Source: the human T2T-CHM13v2.0 reference genome, Homo sapiens. Taken from it: a stretch of DNA of 64,000 bases. The notes beneath the pieces were generated by a model. It saw only the letters and a program-made list of their open reading frames with translations, made no database searches and had not been told where the DNA came from. Below, one piece after another: positions 1 to 14,350 of this stretch. Both the position numbers and the translations under genes were made by a program. The stretch is taken from the NCBI RefSeq assembly GCF_009914755.1, contig NC_060933.1; one strand, 5' to 3'. Position 1 is the first letter of the stretch. Every line of letters starts with the position of its first letter.

Positions 1-118
1 CGGTGCAGACCATGAATCAATAACGTGTGAGTGAATGTAAACACCAACGACATCCAGTTCTGTTTTGCAAGAAATAGACAAGACAGGCAGAACTCAGCCT
101 CTCTCAGCATTAACAGTG

Positions 119-324
119 CAGCTGAGTATCCCTCATCTGAAATGCCCGGGACCAGAACTGTTTCGGATTTCGGGTTTTTTCAGATTTGGGAATATTTGCA
201 TTCCAAATAATCAACTCAAAAAGCACCAACGAGCACTTCCATTAAGTGTCATTTTGGCACTCAAAAAGTTTCAGACTGCGCTGCATTTCTGCGTTTGGAT
301 TTTCCGATGGGGATGCTGAGGCTG
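119..324. mobile_element. DNA transposon relic, Tigger4/MER46-like (TcMar-Tigger MITE)
   Basis: Begins cagctgagtatccctcatctgaaatg and ends ggggatgctgaggctg (degenerate TIRs). Internal tttcggatttcgg...ggaatatttgcatt and ctcaaaaagtttcag blocks resemble the Tigger4b/MER46 consensus as I recall it. Confidence 0.65.
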
Positions 325-701
325 TGCGGTGTGAGGTGGGGCTTGTCGCGAGTGCTCCCTCACCGGCCACTCTCTGCATGCGCAGCCCTTATTCTGTGTG
401 GTGGTTGGTTACCCACTTTCCTCCGTTTTTCTGTCAGGACTGACTTGGCTGCTTGAAAAGAGGAGGGAACAGGAGCACACGCAGGTGAAGGCGGACAGCA
501 GCGCGGGAGTGAACCGTCACGCAGGATGTGTCCCTACCCTCCTCTCTGTCTCAGAAAACTCAGAGGCAGGTTTTCCGTGCTGGTCCCGTGAGCAGGGAGG
601 GACCAGGACTGACACGGATTAAACAGGCTCTGCCGGGAGAGAGAACCCCTTATAACCACATCTACTGTAAATGGCGAATGCGTGGGTTGGTGAACAACTA
701 G

Positions 702-1042
<341 letters not shown>

Positions 1043-1104
1043 TGTAATTCTTAAATGTAGACTTCTACCAACCAAGGTCCCCAATTGCAAACTTTGAAAT
1101 TTAC

Positions 1105-1178
1105 CTTTTCTTCTGCTGAGACATCAGCCATCTTGGGAAGTGGTGATGGAGCACGCTTTTTTATCAATAATAGGACAT
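1105..1178 (-). CDS. UBAC1: UBAC1 coding exon 3 (74 nt): (D)[24 protein letters not shown]
   Basis: Acceptor tgttttttctag|ATGTCC and donor GAAAAG|gtaaat. The phase continues exon 2 (121+74=195 nt) and the translation matches the known UBAC1 N-terminal region. Confidence 0.95.
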
Positions 1179-1223
1179 CTAGAAAAAACAACACGTATAT
1201 CCAACACACTGGTTATCACTTCA

Positions 1224-1584
<361 letters not shown>

Positions 1585-1598
1585 GAAGAGCAGGGCTT

Positions 1599-1872
1599 CA
1601 GCTGGGTGCAGTGGCTCACTCCTGTAATCCCAGCACGAGGCAGGCGGATCACTTGAGCCCAGGAGTTCAAGACCAGCCTGGACAACATGGCGAGACCCCA
1701 TCTCTACGAAAATATAAAAAATAGTTGCGCATGGTGGCACATGCCCGTAGTCCCAGCTACTTGGGAGACTGAGGTGGGAGGACTGCTTGAGCCCAGGAGG
1801 TCAAGGCAACAGTGAGCCTGACTGTGCCTCTGCACTCCAGCCTGGGTGACTGAGCGACACCCTGTCTCAAAA
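1599..1872 (+). mobile_element. Alu (older, AluJ-like)
   Basis: gctgggtgcagtggctcac...gcttgagcccaggag...cctgtctcaaaa. Confidence 0.9.
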
Positions 1873-2719
1873 GAGCATGGGTTCCTTTGGTCCCCCCAAA
1901 CCAAGCATCTACACCAGCCTTCCCTCACTTTTGCATGATATCTGCATGGCCCTAGCTGAGGTACAAGCTCCCAGGCCTGGCACGAACCCCCAGGTGACCC
2001 ATGGCCCAGGAGGCAGGCACAGCACGGCCCCAATAATTGTGCAAAGAATTGGTGACAATCCTGCAACAGGCATTTTAACCGGCTCAGTTCTGAAAAAGTC
2101 TGTGAGGGTGGAGAGTTTAGTCTTAACCCTCAGAGGTCAAAACCTGAGATGCAGCTCATCCTCGGCCCACGACGGTGCCCATCCCCCACTGGCTTGGAGC
2201 TTGATGGTCATCTCAGCGGATATCTGTTAGCAATACTTCCAGGATTTTCAAAACAGCTTACTTCAAGGACTTCCACAATTAAAGGCATTATTTGAATGAC
2301 ACAGACAAAACTGATGTCTGCTCTTCAAGTGCCTCCAGACACAAAACCATAAGCAATTACATGGATGTGTGTGTCTAACACTGCACTGGGATGCCAACAT
2401 CACCACAACGAAGGTGAAACCTGCAGAACCCCTGGAGTCTCTGGCTTTGCTCTGAAACAGAACTAAAAGCAAAATTCACATTTGGCTTCTCAAATGCCTG
2501 CTGCTTGTTCAATTTCAATTTCTGCTGTTTTTCACAAATACTCTATAACAGAACTCTTTTTAATAAAGGAAAAACAGAATGCTTTTAGTCGATCTCGTTT
2601 TTGTGCTCGTGTCCAGCTCAGAACACTGACTCCTGTGGGTGGACCACCCCCTCCTGGCTCCAGCGCCCCCAGCAGTGCACGATGCCTGCTGCCAACCCGC
2701 CCGCCCACAGCAGCCTTAC

Positions 2720-2840
2720 CTTGGTCCTGGATGTTCTCTTCCAGGATGGTCCTGGCATCACTCAGCACCCTCTCTGAGGCAGCGTGGATTAATTTATGAT
2801 GGGTTATACTTTTGGGATCTTCTAAGCTCCCATGAGCACA
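2720..2840 (-). CDS. UBAC1: UBAC1 coding exon 2 (121 nt): [40 protein letters not shown]
   Basis: Acceptor ttttccccag|TGTGCT and donor CAAG|gtaagg. It overlaps ORF 2532..2768 ([15 protein letters not shown]) and encodes part of the ubiquitin-like domain. Confidence 0.96.
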
Positions 2841-5173
2841 CTGGGGAAAAATAGAAATTTCAAGGTAGAAAATAAGTAAATCGTAATTCTAATAATATAG
2901 GACCTGGCATCCCAAGCTACACCAGGAATTTACTGGGTTTTCTTATGAGCTAAGAAATTACACCATGGATGAAATTAAAGAATTCCCACTAATGGTAGAT
3001 GCCAAATGAAGCATCATAGCACCAGTGAGCTGATCCCCAGCCCATGGAGTACTCCTGAAGCAAGCTCCCAGCTCTGATATACCACACCCTACTGACAATT
3101 CGCGGCCACCAGAATTGCTTCTTTGGTCTAGAAAGATCTGGAAAATAATTTTAAATGAAAACAGCAGATCCATTGTTTCCTGATGACCTAAAGATCTACC
3201 TAAGTTTTGGGTAGCTGTTTTTCTTTTTTCCACAGACGCATGAAAGGGGCCAGAAAGGCTGCCCAGAAAGAAGACTGGCTCACAGAGAGCCTGAGATGGG
3301 GATAAGAGGAGCGCTCGGCATGACTGCTCTCAGCTTGGCTCAGCTCACTAAGTAACAGCAATGCTGCATCCCGAGATTGGGATAAGAGGGGCACTTAGCA
3401 TGACTGCTCTCGGCGTGGCCCAGCTCACGAAGCAACAGCCATGCTGCACCCCTGGGCGGCTTGAAGGTGGACCAATGGGCACGCAGTCACCAGGGCCCTG
3501 GAAACCCTGCCACACCCGGGCAGGGAACGGGAGGCAACACATGGGTAGCAGTGAGGGGATCCCCTTCACACACACCACAGCCACCTCCGAGCAGCGCTCA
3601 CGGGGGACCTGGGAAGCCATCTTGACAGCTACTGAGTGCAAACTCCAGGAGGAAGTTGGAGCAGACGGCCATGACCCCTTCCAACCCTGCCATTACAAAG
3701 ATCTCACAGCCAACTGCTGGCAGGGGTAGATCCTGCTCCTCAATTCGGCCAGCATCCTCTCTGCAAAACAGCACACAGCTGTCCCTGATTCATGCACGTG
3801 GCACTGGCTTGCGGGAGTACTGCTTTCCTTTGAACACGGGGGCTAGGCACGTCGGCTCACCATTTTGTGAAGAATGGCAAACACTGATGGTGCCGTGTGA
3901 TGAAGACTGAGGTCGGCACATGTGCCTGCATGTTCGTGCCCAAGTCGGTCCAGAGCTCCACGACTCCACTCTATTATCTACCTCAGCACCATACAGCCCG
4001 ACACACGACAGCACAGCACAGCACACCACCGCACAGCACAGCACCGCACACCACACCAAACAGTGCCCACCTAACCAAATATGGCGCCTCCCCAGCCGGA
4101 ATCGTGGGGTGAGAGGAGAGGGGCTGCACTTCTGTGTTTCACAAAATACCCACAGTTTCCATAGCCTGGCCTGAAAACCCTTCAGAACTCAGAGCTTGGA
4201 CAGAGAGAAGGCTGACTATTTTCTTGGTCTTACAGATCCCCTGAGGTTTGATGGTAGAATTACCTGACTATCAGAAAAGGATGAAACCCTCACTGGGCAC
4301 TTTCTAAACCCGGTAGCAGGCTCAGCCTGTGGGTCAGGAGCATGGCCCAGCCTGGAGCTGGGCCGGGGCACCACCCCAGGACAGGCCGTCCTCGGACGTC
4401 TCAGGTGGCCGGGCAGACGCCCTGCTGGCAGCTCACTTTCCACCACCCTTTGCTGCCACAGAGGCTCTGAAACACCCAGCACACACAACTGCTTGCTGGG
4501 AAAGAAAATCTAAGCACACACTTCACCTCTCAACACTGGCATTTTCAGAGTAACTGGAATTTCTGTTACTCTCAAGACTGAAAACGGTTTTGAAAAAGGG
4601 ATTGACGGCTTCAGGGGCTCACTCCTTCACACAAAACTGGCCAGGCTGAGGGGATGTTGGGGGGACGCAGCTACTAGGAAGACACACTCCTGCCATTTAC
4701 AACAGGGCAGAGAACCCTCAAGTGCCTCTGGATTTGACAATGGCTCTGCTCCCTGAAATACTGGGGGTGCTTCCTCATGATCCTAAAGTTTGCAGGCTAG
4801 TTCATTTGTCAAGTTCAGAATACAGACTACGAAATGCAGTTTTCCAAAATAATTCTCATACTGATTCCCAAAAAACCCACAGTCCACCTGTCACCAGCAC
4901 ACCAGGAACAACACGGAAGCACTAGGACGACCGTGTCACTCTGCTTCTTTGTTCTCGGCAGAAGCTGGGGTATGGCAGCAAAAAAGCCCCAACCAAGGCC
5001 GCTGGAGTAGGGAGGCCCTCACACCCCCACCCCACTCCATCCTGCTCCTCCCCAGAAGAGTAGTGACTTCGTTTCTGCTTGTACCTGATGCAACCTGCCA
5101 TCTGAGGACCCATCTTCATGCGATCTAGGAAATGGAAAATTTAACAGCTATACTAGCGGGTACTCTCTTCTAG

Positions 5174-5772
<599 letters not shown>

Positions 5773-6783
5773 GGTATAATTTTCTAAAACTCATTAACTA
5801 CCTGTTGTACAAGACAGGTTCCTCTGCCCCCTTCTCCACTCCAGGGCAATGGAAGCTAGAGGCCACCACGGTGATCCCAGTTTGCACAAAACAGAAAAGG
5901 GAAAGGCAAAAGCAAGAGTTTTGATCATAAAACCCCTCCTTGATTCAGGAGTGCACACCCAGGAGCACAGCAGGGAGAAGCCGACATCATTCCCCTCCAG
6001 GCAGATGGAAAAGAGGAAGGAAAAAATCATGCCGGCGTCAGCACGCACTGGGGACCTGGCGAGGAGGAACAAAGCTAAAACAGACACCAGACCTCACTGC
6101 CTACAGCAGGATGACATCCAGGGACCGGCTTCCAGAGAGACATTCAAATACACAACTCGAGGGTTCTCTTTTCTGACTAACGCATTCTAGCCCTGCCTGC
6201 AGAACCACGCTGGGATGTGGTGGTGGGGAACCTTTCTGACGCTCAGCTCTGGAGTCCTGAAATGTATGTCGGCTCTTGCGGTGTGAAAATCCCCTGCTAC
6301 TCAGATCCTCCACACCTGTGGAAACCGCAGAGTGGGATACAATCTCAATTTAAAGTAGAATAATGACAAAACATCCCAAATGATACATCTCAACACCAAA
6401 TGGAATAATATATATCAGGAGTATAATAATTAGCATTGCATCGGAACTGGCTGCCTAACTGACCCTCCGTGCTCCTGAAATTCATGAGTAGGTATCTGTG
6501 GATCAAACAGCTCTCATTTCCTATTTCCTTTCATAAAAGAGTATCATGATGGCCATGCACATCGCACCGAGTGAGTTAAAGTAAATGCCGTGCCAACGCA
6601 GGGGACATCCCATGTCGATGCAGTGTGGGGTCCACAGGATATTTTTGTCTATTCCATTAACCCACAAGTTTGTTTTGGTGCCACTCTAAGCCCGGCCCTG
6701 GACTTGTGGATATAAACCGAACCCCTGAGGAGCTTCTGTACTGGCTCAGGGAGGACACAGCAGCACCTCAGAGAAGTTTCTAG

Positions 6784-7095
<312 letters not shown>

Positions 7096-8049
7096 CAGAG
7101 AAGTTTTTAAAAATACACACAACTAGACAAGCAACACCACCTGGCTCAAACAGCCTGGATGCCCACGGAGTTACCGGCGCTGGAGCTTAGTGATGCCCCG
7201 ATGGTTGTTCAGACGGCAAAATCATGCAGACTGGGGCAGAAGAAAAGCAAGAAAGCAGCCAAAACATACCGGCCCTTGAACGCAGGAGGCTCAGCCCCCT
7301 CCTTGGTGTGAATCCTGAGGCCAGCACCTCCCAGTTATTCACAGCCAGTGCGTTCCAGAAGGGGGCTTGCCAAGCTTGCCTCTGACAGTTCCAGAACTCC
7401 ACAGAACCATGCTCACAAAAGCAACTCGAAAGTACTGTATGCGAGCAGCTACTATGGTAAGAACTGAAGTTTATCCTTAGAGACCACACTCAGCTCAAGT
7501 GTAACGCACTCAACCTGTCAACACAGATACGTCGTAACTTATCACATGGAGTCGCCACTAGAAAATTGCAGCCTCCTTCAACCTAAATTCTGCCAAGCCC
7601 TCAGATCATGTCAGGTATAGACAGGAGGTCAGTCTGACACACAGACAGGCTTCTTAGCTGACCTTACTGAGTCCTTTAGAGACTCGAGAACTAGTTCCAA
7701 AACTCAGCAACCTAAGGAACTAAATACACAGGAGTATTTCAGGTGAATAAACTTTAAAAAGTGTCTCCGCGAGGAGACCCTACTCCTGGGACTTCTCTCT
7801 TGACCAATTTTACCTCTGCAGAAAAGCAGGGGCGCAGGGCCTTGTCCCGCAGCGGCACTATTTCAGGGACTCCAGCTAAAAGGCACAGTGGCCTGGGGCC
7901 AGCCAGGAAAAGAGCTCCAAGCAGCCGGCTCTGCGGGAAAGGGGAAGAGGAAGGAGAAGGGGCCTCTTCATGAAGGAGCCTACGTTAATTCTCAGCTCTC
8001 AAAGATGCTGCTGAAAAAAACCTCACCCCAACAGCAAAAAGGTACAACT

Positions 8050-9010
8050 GCCGGAAAGTCCCGAGGCCCTGCTCCGTCGGCGACTTCACTCTCCAGGCCT
8101 CAGTTTCCCGATCTGCCCCTACCTCCCTGCGTGGCTGCAGAGTTAACTGAGAGGCTGGCGTGTACAGGGCTCGGCCGGGCGGCTGGCACGGGGCGAGCGC
8201 TTAGTGACCGGAGTCCGCCGGCCGAAAGGCCAGGCCCGGGACGAGCGTCCAGAGGTGTGGGATCCGAAAGGGGGAGAGTCGGGCAAACGGGCAGGAGGCG
8301 CTGCCTCCACCCCCGGAGGAGAGGGCCTGGGAGCTGCGGACTGGGCGGCGGACCCCAGGTCGGGGCGGTTCGGGGACTGAGGCGGGGTCCGCAGTCGGAG
8401 GGGTCCGGAGCGGGTGTTGGGGGCAGGGGAGGGGGCCCGGCCTTACGTGCTTGAGGCAGCGCTCCTTGAGCTTCTCCACCGAGGTGTCCTCGGTGGCCTC
8501 CTCCAGCCACTCGGCGCCGTCGGACGCGCAGATGTGCAGCCGCAGCACCTTGCCCGCGAAGATCTTCTCCTCCTGCACGAACATCCCGCCGCCGCCGCAG
8601 GGGCCTGCGCCCGCCACCCGGGCCCCTGAAGGTCACCGGGAAGGCGGGCGGGGAGGGGGCGGGGCCAGACCGCCCGCGCGCTCCTTCGCTGGGCCGCCGC
8701 CCCGCCCCGGCTCCCGTCGGCCGGGCCGCCGTCACTCTCCGCGGCCTCAGCGGTCGCCTCGCTCCCGCCGCCGCAGCAGCCGCCGGGGGCGCGCCGTCGC
8801 GGCCGCACCGGAAGTGCGTCACGGGCGCGTCTGGCGCATGCCGGGAGATGTGGTTCTCGGACAGGCGCCTCGCTCCCGCCGCCGGGGGCGCGCTGTGGCT
8901 ACCGCAAAGGAAGTGCGTCACGGGGCGCGCCCGGAGCATGCCGGGAGCTGTAGTTCTCTGGCAGCTTCGTTCCTCCCCGACCTGCAGGCGGTTCCCACCC
9001 GGGGCACTCA
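8050..9010 (-). promoter_or_regulatory. UBAC1: CpG-island promoter and 5'UTR of UBAC1
   Basis: Very high GC/CpG density around exon 1; GC boxes (ggggcgggg ~8656); two GGAAGTGCGTCAC ETS/CRE-like sites (8810, 8909); ZNF143-type ACTACAnnTCCC motif (8936-8954, - strand). Confidence 0.9.
8447..8584 (-). CDS. UBAC1: UBAC1 coding exon 1 (138 nt): [46 protein letters not shown]
   Basis: ATG at 8584 in ggcgggATG context with an in-frame upstream TGA; donor CAC|gtaagg. Recognised N-terminus of ubiquitin-associated domain-containing protein 1 (KPC2). Confidence 0.97.
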
Positions 9011-9034
9011 CCACGTGGGACCTCATGGGTTCTA

Positions 9035-9262
9035 AAGGTAAAATACACGCTGGATCCCAAAGAAGTAACGGGAAAAAGGAATGTAAGGCATCTCGATAAT
9101 GTTTTCATATTGATTACATGTTGAAATAATATTTTGTATCTATTGAGTTAAGAAAAATATGTCATTAAAATTAATTTCACCTGTTTCTTTTAACCTTTTT
9201 AAGATAGAATTTTAAATTGCCTACATGGCTGCTGTGATATTTCTTTTGCACTGCACTGCTGT
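9035..9262. mobile_element. MER33-like hAT-Charlie DNA transposon fragment
   Basis: atattgattacatgttgaaataatattttg...attaaaattaatttcacctgtttctttt is characteristic of the MER33/MER3 group. Confidence 0.7.
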
Positions 9263-9432
9263 AGAACGGAGGCTCTCCAAAGAACTTGGCTTTAACAAGC
9301 CTAGGTCTTTCTAATTCACACGCAGATCAGAGAGTCACTGTTCCTGCGAAGCCTAGGTTTGCGGGGCACCCAGAGGGGAGGGAAGCCGCCCTTGGTGCAG
9401 GTGATGCCAGGCAGACTCATTTTCTGTGGGGT

Positions 9433-9865
9433 GTGACAAAGAGTCTTTGCTTGGCCAAACTTAAGCAGGCTCCTGAACCTTCTACATCATCTGTACACTT
9501 CCTTGTAAAATCCAGTTTTAGCGAAGAGCCTTGATAAGTGAGTTTAGCAAGAACTCCCAGCCTCAATATCAGATCACCCTGGACGTCTGGTCAGGTTCCT
9601 CGTCCCCCAGGTGCTGTCTGATATCTCCAGCCTCTCTTCAGCAAGAACCCTGTCAGGTCGGTTTAGCCAGAACCGCCCACATCCCTGATGTTTTCTCCTA
9701 TTAATTTTCCATTCACTGACCCCACCCACTTGCCCTTGCTGTATTGGGAGTTGAGCCTGACCTCTCTCCCCACTGCAAGCCCCCTTGGCAGTGGTCTCTG
9801 TACCTAGCTCAACAGTCCTGGATAACGTCTTACTTACCATGCTCCTAAATATGAATTTTGTAGTT
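9433..9865. mobile_element. Solo LTR, MER31-like (ERV1)
   Basis: tgacaaagagtct...ccaaactt...ccagttttagc...gtttagcaagaa...atatcagatcaccct...ggagttgagcc resembles the MER31 LTR. Confidence 0.6.
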
Positions 9866-10399
9866 CAGGTTAGACCTGACACATTGACTGATCTGTACTC
9901 ATTCATCCCATTCATTTAAAAAAACTTTACTGCGCAGAGATGAATAAGGCACAGTTCCCGTTCTCAGAGGTTAGCAATCTAACCGGGGAGGCTGTCTCTG
10001 CCTCCTGCCTGCAGGCTTTTATTCTGTCCACACCATTTTGCACACACATCCTCATTTTTCTCCTGTGATAATTCCAACCTCGTCCAGATTCCATGTGTCC
10101 AGTTCAGCACTTACTAATTGCCTCTCACAGGTGGGAGCCTCTGCTACTCAATGAAAATATGGTAGTGATTAAGACCAGACACCAGGATACAGTCCTGGAA
10201 TGGGGCATTTTTAACGCAGGAAGCAGAAGTACCGACTGTTAGAGACCGCAGTGGAGGTGGTGGTAGTATCGTGGAAGCTGGTGGAGGAGAAAGGGGAGGA
10301 ACACCAAGGTGGTGAGTGGAGAGTGGGGGAAGCTAGAGGGCTTGGAGGAGCCGGGTCAGAGCATTAAGACGTTGCTGTGAGAGCCACTAACGGTGTGAC

Positions 10400-10790
10400 C
10401 AGGTGGCAGAATGAATGGTGGTGACTGTGGAGGGGACAGGGAAGAGGGCAGGGCATCCTTGCGGGGGAGCAATGCGGAGGGAGAGGAAGAGGAGAAGGGG
10501 GCTTCCAGTGGCCTGTGGGAGGGGAGGCCAGCAGGATTGGAGGGTGTGGGCCCAAGAGTGAAATCAAGGATGACTTGAAGACTTCCAGTGTGGGTGGCAG
10601 AGTGCAGGGCAGTGCCACCTTTTGAAGTAGGAGGCAGGAGGAGGAGCCATTGGCCAGGAAGGTGTTGGGTAGTTTTGGACACGGGGACCTGGATGTGCTG
10701 GGGGCATTCACACGGAGGTGGCCTGGAGGCAGCTGGACCTACAGGACTGAAGTTGAGGAGAGAGGCCTGGGCTGGAGACAAACACTGGGC
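10400..10790. mobile_element. L2 LINE fragment
   Basis: gaaatcaaggatgact...gtagttttggacac...ggcagctgga...gagaggcctgggctggaga is a typical L2 3' region pattern. Confidence 0.55.
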
Positions 10791-10819
10791 AGCCGGCCTG
10801 GGCCACGTAGCAAGACCCT

Positions 10820-11015
10820 CTACAAAAAATAAAAAAAATTAATGAGCTGGGCGTGGTGGTGCACACCTGTGGTCCCAGCTACTCAGAAGGCTGAGGTGGG
10901 AGGATCACCTGAGCCCAGGAGGTCCAGGCTGCAGTGCGCCGTGATGGCACCACTGCACTCCAGCCTGGGCAACACAGCAAGACCCCGTCCCAAAAAAACA
11001 AAACAAAACAAAAAA
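10820..11015 (+). mobile_element. Alu partial (right arm, J-like)
   Basis: ctacaaaaaat...gctgggcgtggtggtgcacacctgtggtcccagctact...cactccagcctgggcaac with an A-rich tail. Confidence 0.85.
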
Positions 11016-11279
11016 GTCAAACCAGTCATGAGCACACCAGTGGCAGCTGGAACTAAGAGGATGCCCACCCCGCTTCCCATGCAGAGGAGCTCATGAAGAA
11101 AACAGAGGAGTATGGTACTAGGAAAGTTCCAAGAGTGTGGCTCCATGAAACACAAGGCGGAGAAGATATTGAGGAGAAAATGGGGCCTGTAAGAGAAGAA
11201 CCAGAAATATCACGTCATCTCAGGGAGCGTCTCCAGGGACCGGAAGGGGACTGGGGCCCAAGCCTGCCTGGCTGCAGAT

Positions 11280-11700
11280 CTGGTATCTGCAGCCACAGTG
11301 ATGCTGCATAACAAAACCGTCCTAAAACTCAGCGGGTAAAACAACCAACAGCTCTCCATCACTTCTCACAAGTCCACGGCTGGCTGGGTGGTGCTGCTGA
11401 CCAAGCCAGGCTGGCAGGTGGGCTGGTCGGGATCCCTAGGCCCTCAGCCTCGGTCTCATGTTCCCCAGTGAGTTCCCACGGGAGTGTCTGGGATCCACCG
11501 CAGCAGGTTTTTCAGCCTTTGCTTGAGCCATGTTTGTTGATGTCCTCTGGACCAAAGTCAAAGAGGGAGGGGACAAAGTGACAGGGAAAGGATGGGGCCA
11601 TGGGAAAGCCACCAAGAGGCCACAGATGCACCTGTTCCACCTTCCAAGAAGGCTGGGGGAACAGAGAGAGGAGGGCACCAGCCACGGGGTGCCCAGCAGC
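11280..11700 (-). mobile_element. Old MaLR LTR (MLT1-type) fragment
   Basis: gctgcataacaaaaccgtcctaaaactcagcgggtaaaacaac...tcacttctcacaagtcc is the MLT1 terminus in reverse orientation. Confidence 0.5.
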
Positions 11701-12139
11701 ATGTTTACATTAGAGAGGCTGGGCGCGTTTCTGGGCTGAGCGTGAGAGCGGGCAGAGGGGAGGCTGGGGCTGGAGGAAGGAGGAGGGATGGGGTGGCTGG
11801 GGAGGGGGCTGAAGCTGTGGCCTCAGGGCATCCCGCTTGCTTCTGACAGGAAACATCTGAACCCCCCATCCTGGCATCAAACCTTCCCAGTCTCCCTGTT
11901 TCCTCCTGGCCACGGGCTTTACAGCGGGGGGACAGTGCCATCACAAGGACCCTGCAAGGGTCCACAGAGGCCACGCTAGCAAAGTCTCAAGCCAAAGCTG
12001 ACCTGAGTCCTGGAGGAACGCCTGTGCCCTCCCGTGGAAGGATAGGAGGTTCGTGGTACTCTGAGACCACTCCAGCCCCCACCCCGCTTCACCCACGAGG
12101 CTGTCAATTGATGGGTTCTCATTGTCTCCCCTCCTCTCA

Positions 12140-12595
12140 TGGGTTTGAGGCTGTTTCCTATAACAAATTGCCACAAACTGGGGCTGGGGGGTGGTGCTTA
12201 AAACAATAGAAATGTATTTTCGCCCAGTTCTGAAGGCCGGAAGTCTGAAATCCAGGTGTTCATGGGCCACGCTCCCTCTGGAGCCACAGGGGAGGGTCCT
12301 TCCTGCCTCCTCCAGTCCTGGGGACTCCGGGGTTCCTTGGCCTGTGGCCACATGGCTGTAGCCTCTGCCTCCATCTTCATGCAGCCTCTCCTCTTCCCAT
12401 GGCTGTCCTTTGTGTGCCTCCCATGAGGACACTTGTCATTGGATTTGGGGCCACCCTAATCTAGGATGATCTTACCTGGAGATCCTGAACTTAATTACAT
12501 CTGCAAAAACCCTTCTCCCCAAATGAGTTCCCACTACAGTTCCAGGGTTGGGACACAGATGTGTGTTTATCAGGGCCACCAACCAGCCACCAGAG
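12140..12595 (-). mobile_element. MLT1 (MLT1C-like) solo LTR
   Basis: taacaaattgccacaaact...cttaaaacaatagaaatgtatt...ggaagtctgaaatccaggtg...aggacacttgtcattggatt...ttaattacatctgcaaa. Confidence 0.75.
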
Positions 12596-13324
12596 AGGCT
12601 TCGGGCCCAACCCCCGGGTACAGCGGGAGCCCAGCAGGGGCTCCTTAGTGGCAGGTAGTTCCCACCCTGCTGGAGTCATCGGCCTCTGCCGTTCTGATGC
12701 TGTCCTTTTTGGACAAGGGCTTATGCTCCTCCTCCCTCATTGTCTGTGTCAGAAGTGGCTTCTTGTGTCTCGTGCAGCCAAAGCACTCAGGCTGGCCTGG
12801 CCTGGCCTGGCCCCTCACCCTGCATCCTGAGCCTCAGTGAAGCCCCTCCCTCCCTCACCCCTGGGTTGCTCCCGGCCATACCAGCACTCCTGCTTCTCTC
12901 CCTACCTCGAAGCCTGTGCCAACCTAGCCCATTCCTCAGGCTCAGGGCCTCCTCCTCCAGGAAGCCCGCCCTGGCTGCACCTCCTCTGGGACACTACTCG
13001 GCACACCAAGTGTGTCAGCAAGGAGCCTGGAAGTTGCTGGAAGCCACCTCCCTGTTGGTGGCAGCTCTGCCCCAGGCTGAGGTCAGCTGGCAGTACCTCC
13101 CCCCAGCCCCTGAACGTAGGAGAGGAACAGCAATGCCAGAGAGGTCTGGGGGGAGTCCCTCTCCAGTGGCCAGGCTGTCCTGAGGCCTCCCAGGCCCCAC
13201 TCTCTGGGACTCCCTGGGGTGAGGGGCCAGCATGAAGGGAAGATCCCAGAGTCAAATGGCCCAGTCTGGCATCCACACTGTCTCTTCCCAGTCAAGAGGC
13301 CTGGGCAGGTTCTTTTCTTTCTGT

Positions 13325-13649
<325 letters not shown>

Positions 13650-14350
13650 TTATCTTTCTAGGAGGGTTAGGCTTTGGTGTGGACATGGAGACACGACCCA
13701 GAGCCCCCTCTGAAAGAGGACCTGCTGCCCCCATCCCTCAGCCTCAGCCTCAGCCTCAGCCTCGGAGGCCACCTTTGAGGTCACACCCCTCCCTGCATGG
13801 CAGAGCTGAGTGGGGTGGCAAGACCCAGCCATTTCAGAGGGTCTCCCGGCAGGGAGCCCTCCCCTGAGCCCCCCGCCACCTGCCCCCTGCCCCCCGGCTG
13901 GCCAAGGCCTGCATGAAGGTTCAGCTTCTCCCTCTGCCCGACGCTGCCTCCCTGGGCTGATCCAGCAGGTGTGGTCCCCAGTGCACCCCAAACTCCATCT
14001 CAGCTTCTGCTTCCAGGGAACCCACCAGGCGGGCCCCCCTTGGTGCATTGGTCCATTGTGTGTTTAGTGCCTACTGTGCACTGGGTGCTGCTTTAGGCCC
14101 GGGGGTGCAGCAGGAAGAAGATAGACAAGGCTTCCGGTCTGCTGGAGAATGAGCCCCGTGCTCCTAGGGTGGGGGAGGGGCCGCTTCGGGGGCCTCTTCG
14201 TTGCAGCAACAGACCCCAGCTCTGACCAGTTCAGGCAGAAAAGGAATTCACGGAGGGGTTTCTGGGGCGCTCTCAGAACCTCCTGTGGCCAGGAGGACCA
14301 GGCTGGGCCCCAAGACCATGCTGCAGAGGGGCCTCCAGGAGAGCCCACCA

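Noticed and set aside
8585-8617. N-terminal extension [11 protein letters not shown] of UBAC1 in the ORF track
   Set aside because: It starts at GTG rather than ATG; the ATG at 8584 has good context and matches the known N-terminus.
8100-9026. 308-aa - strand ORF and overlapping 188/194-aa + strand ORFs
   Set aside because: Stop-poor CpG-island sequence giving low-complexity Arg/Pro/Gly/Ala translations; only the UBAC1 frame 8447-8584 has splice support and a recognisable protein.
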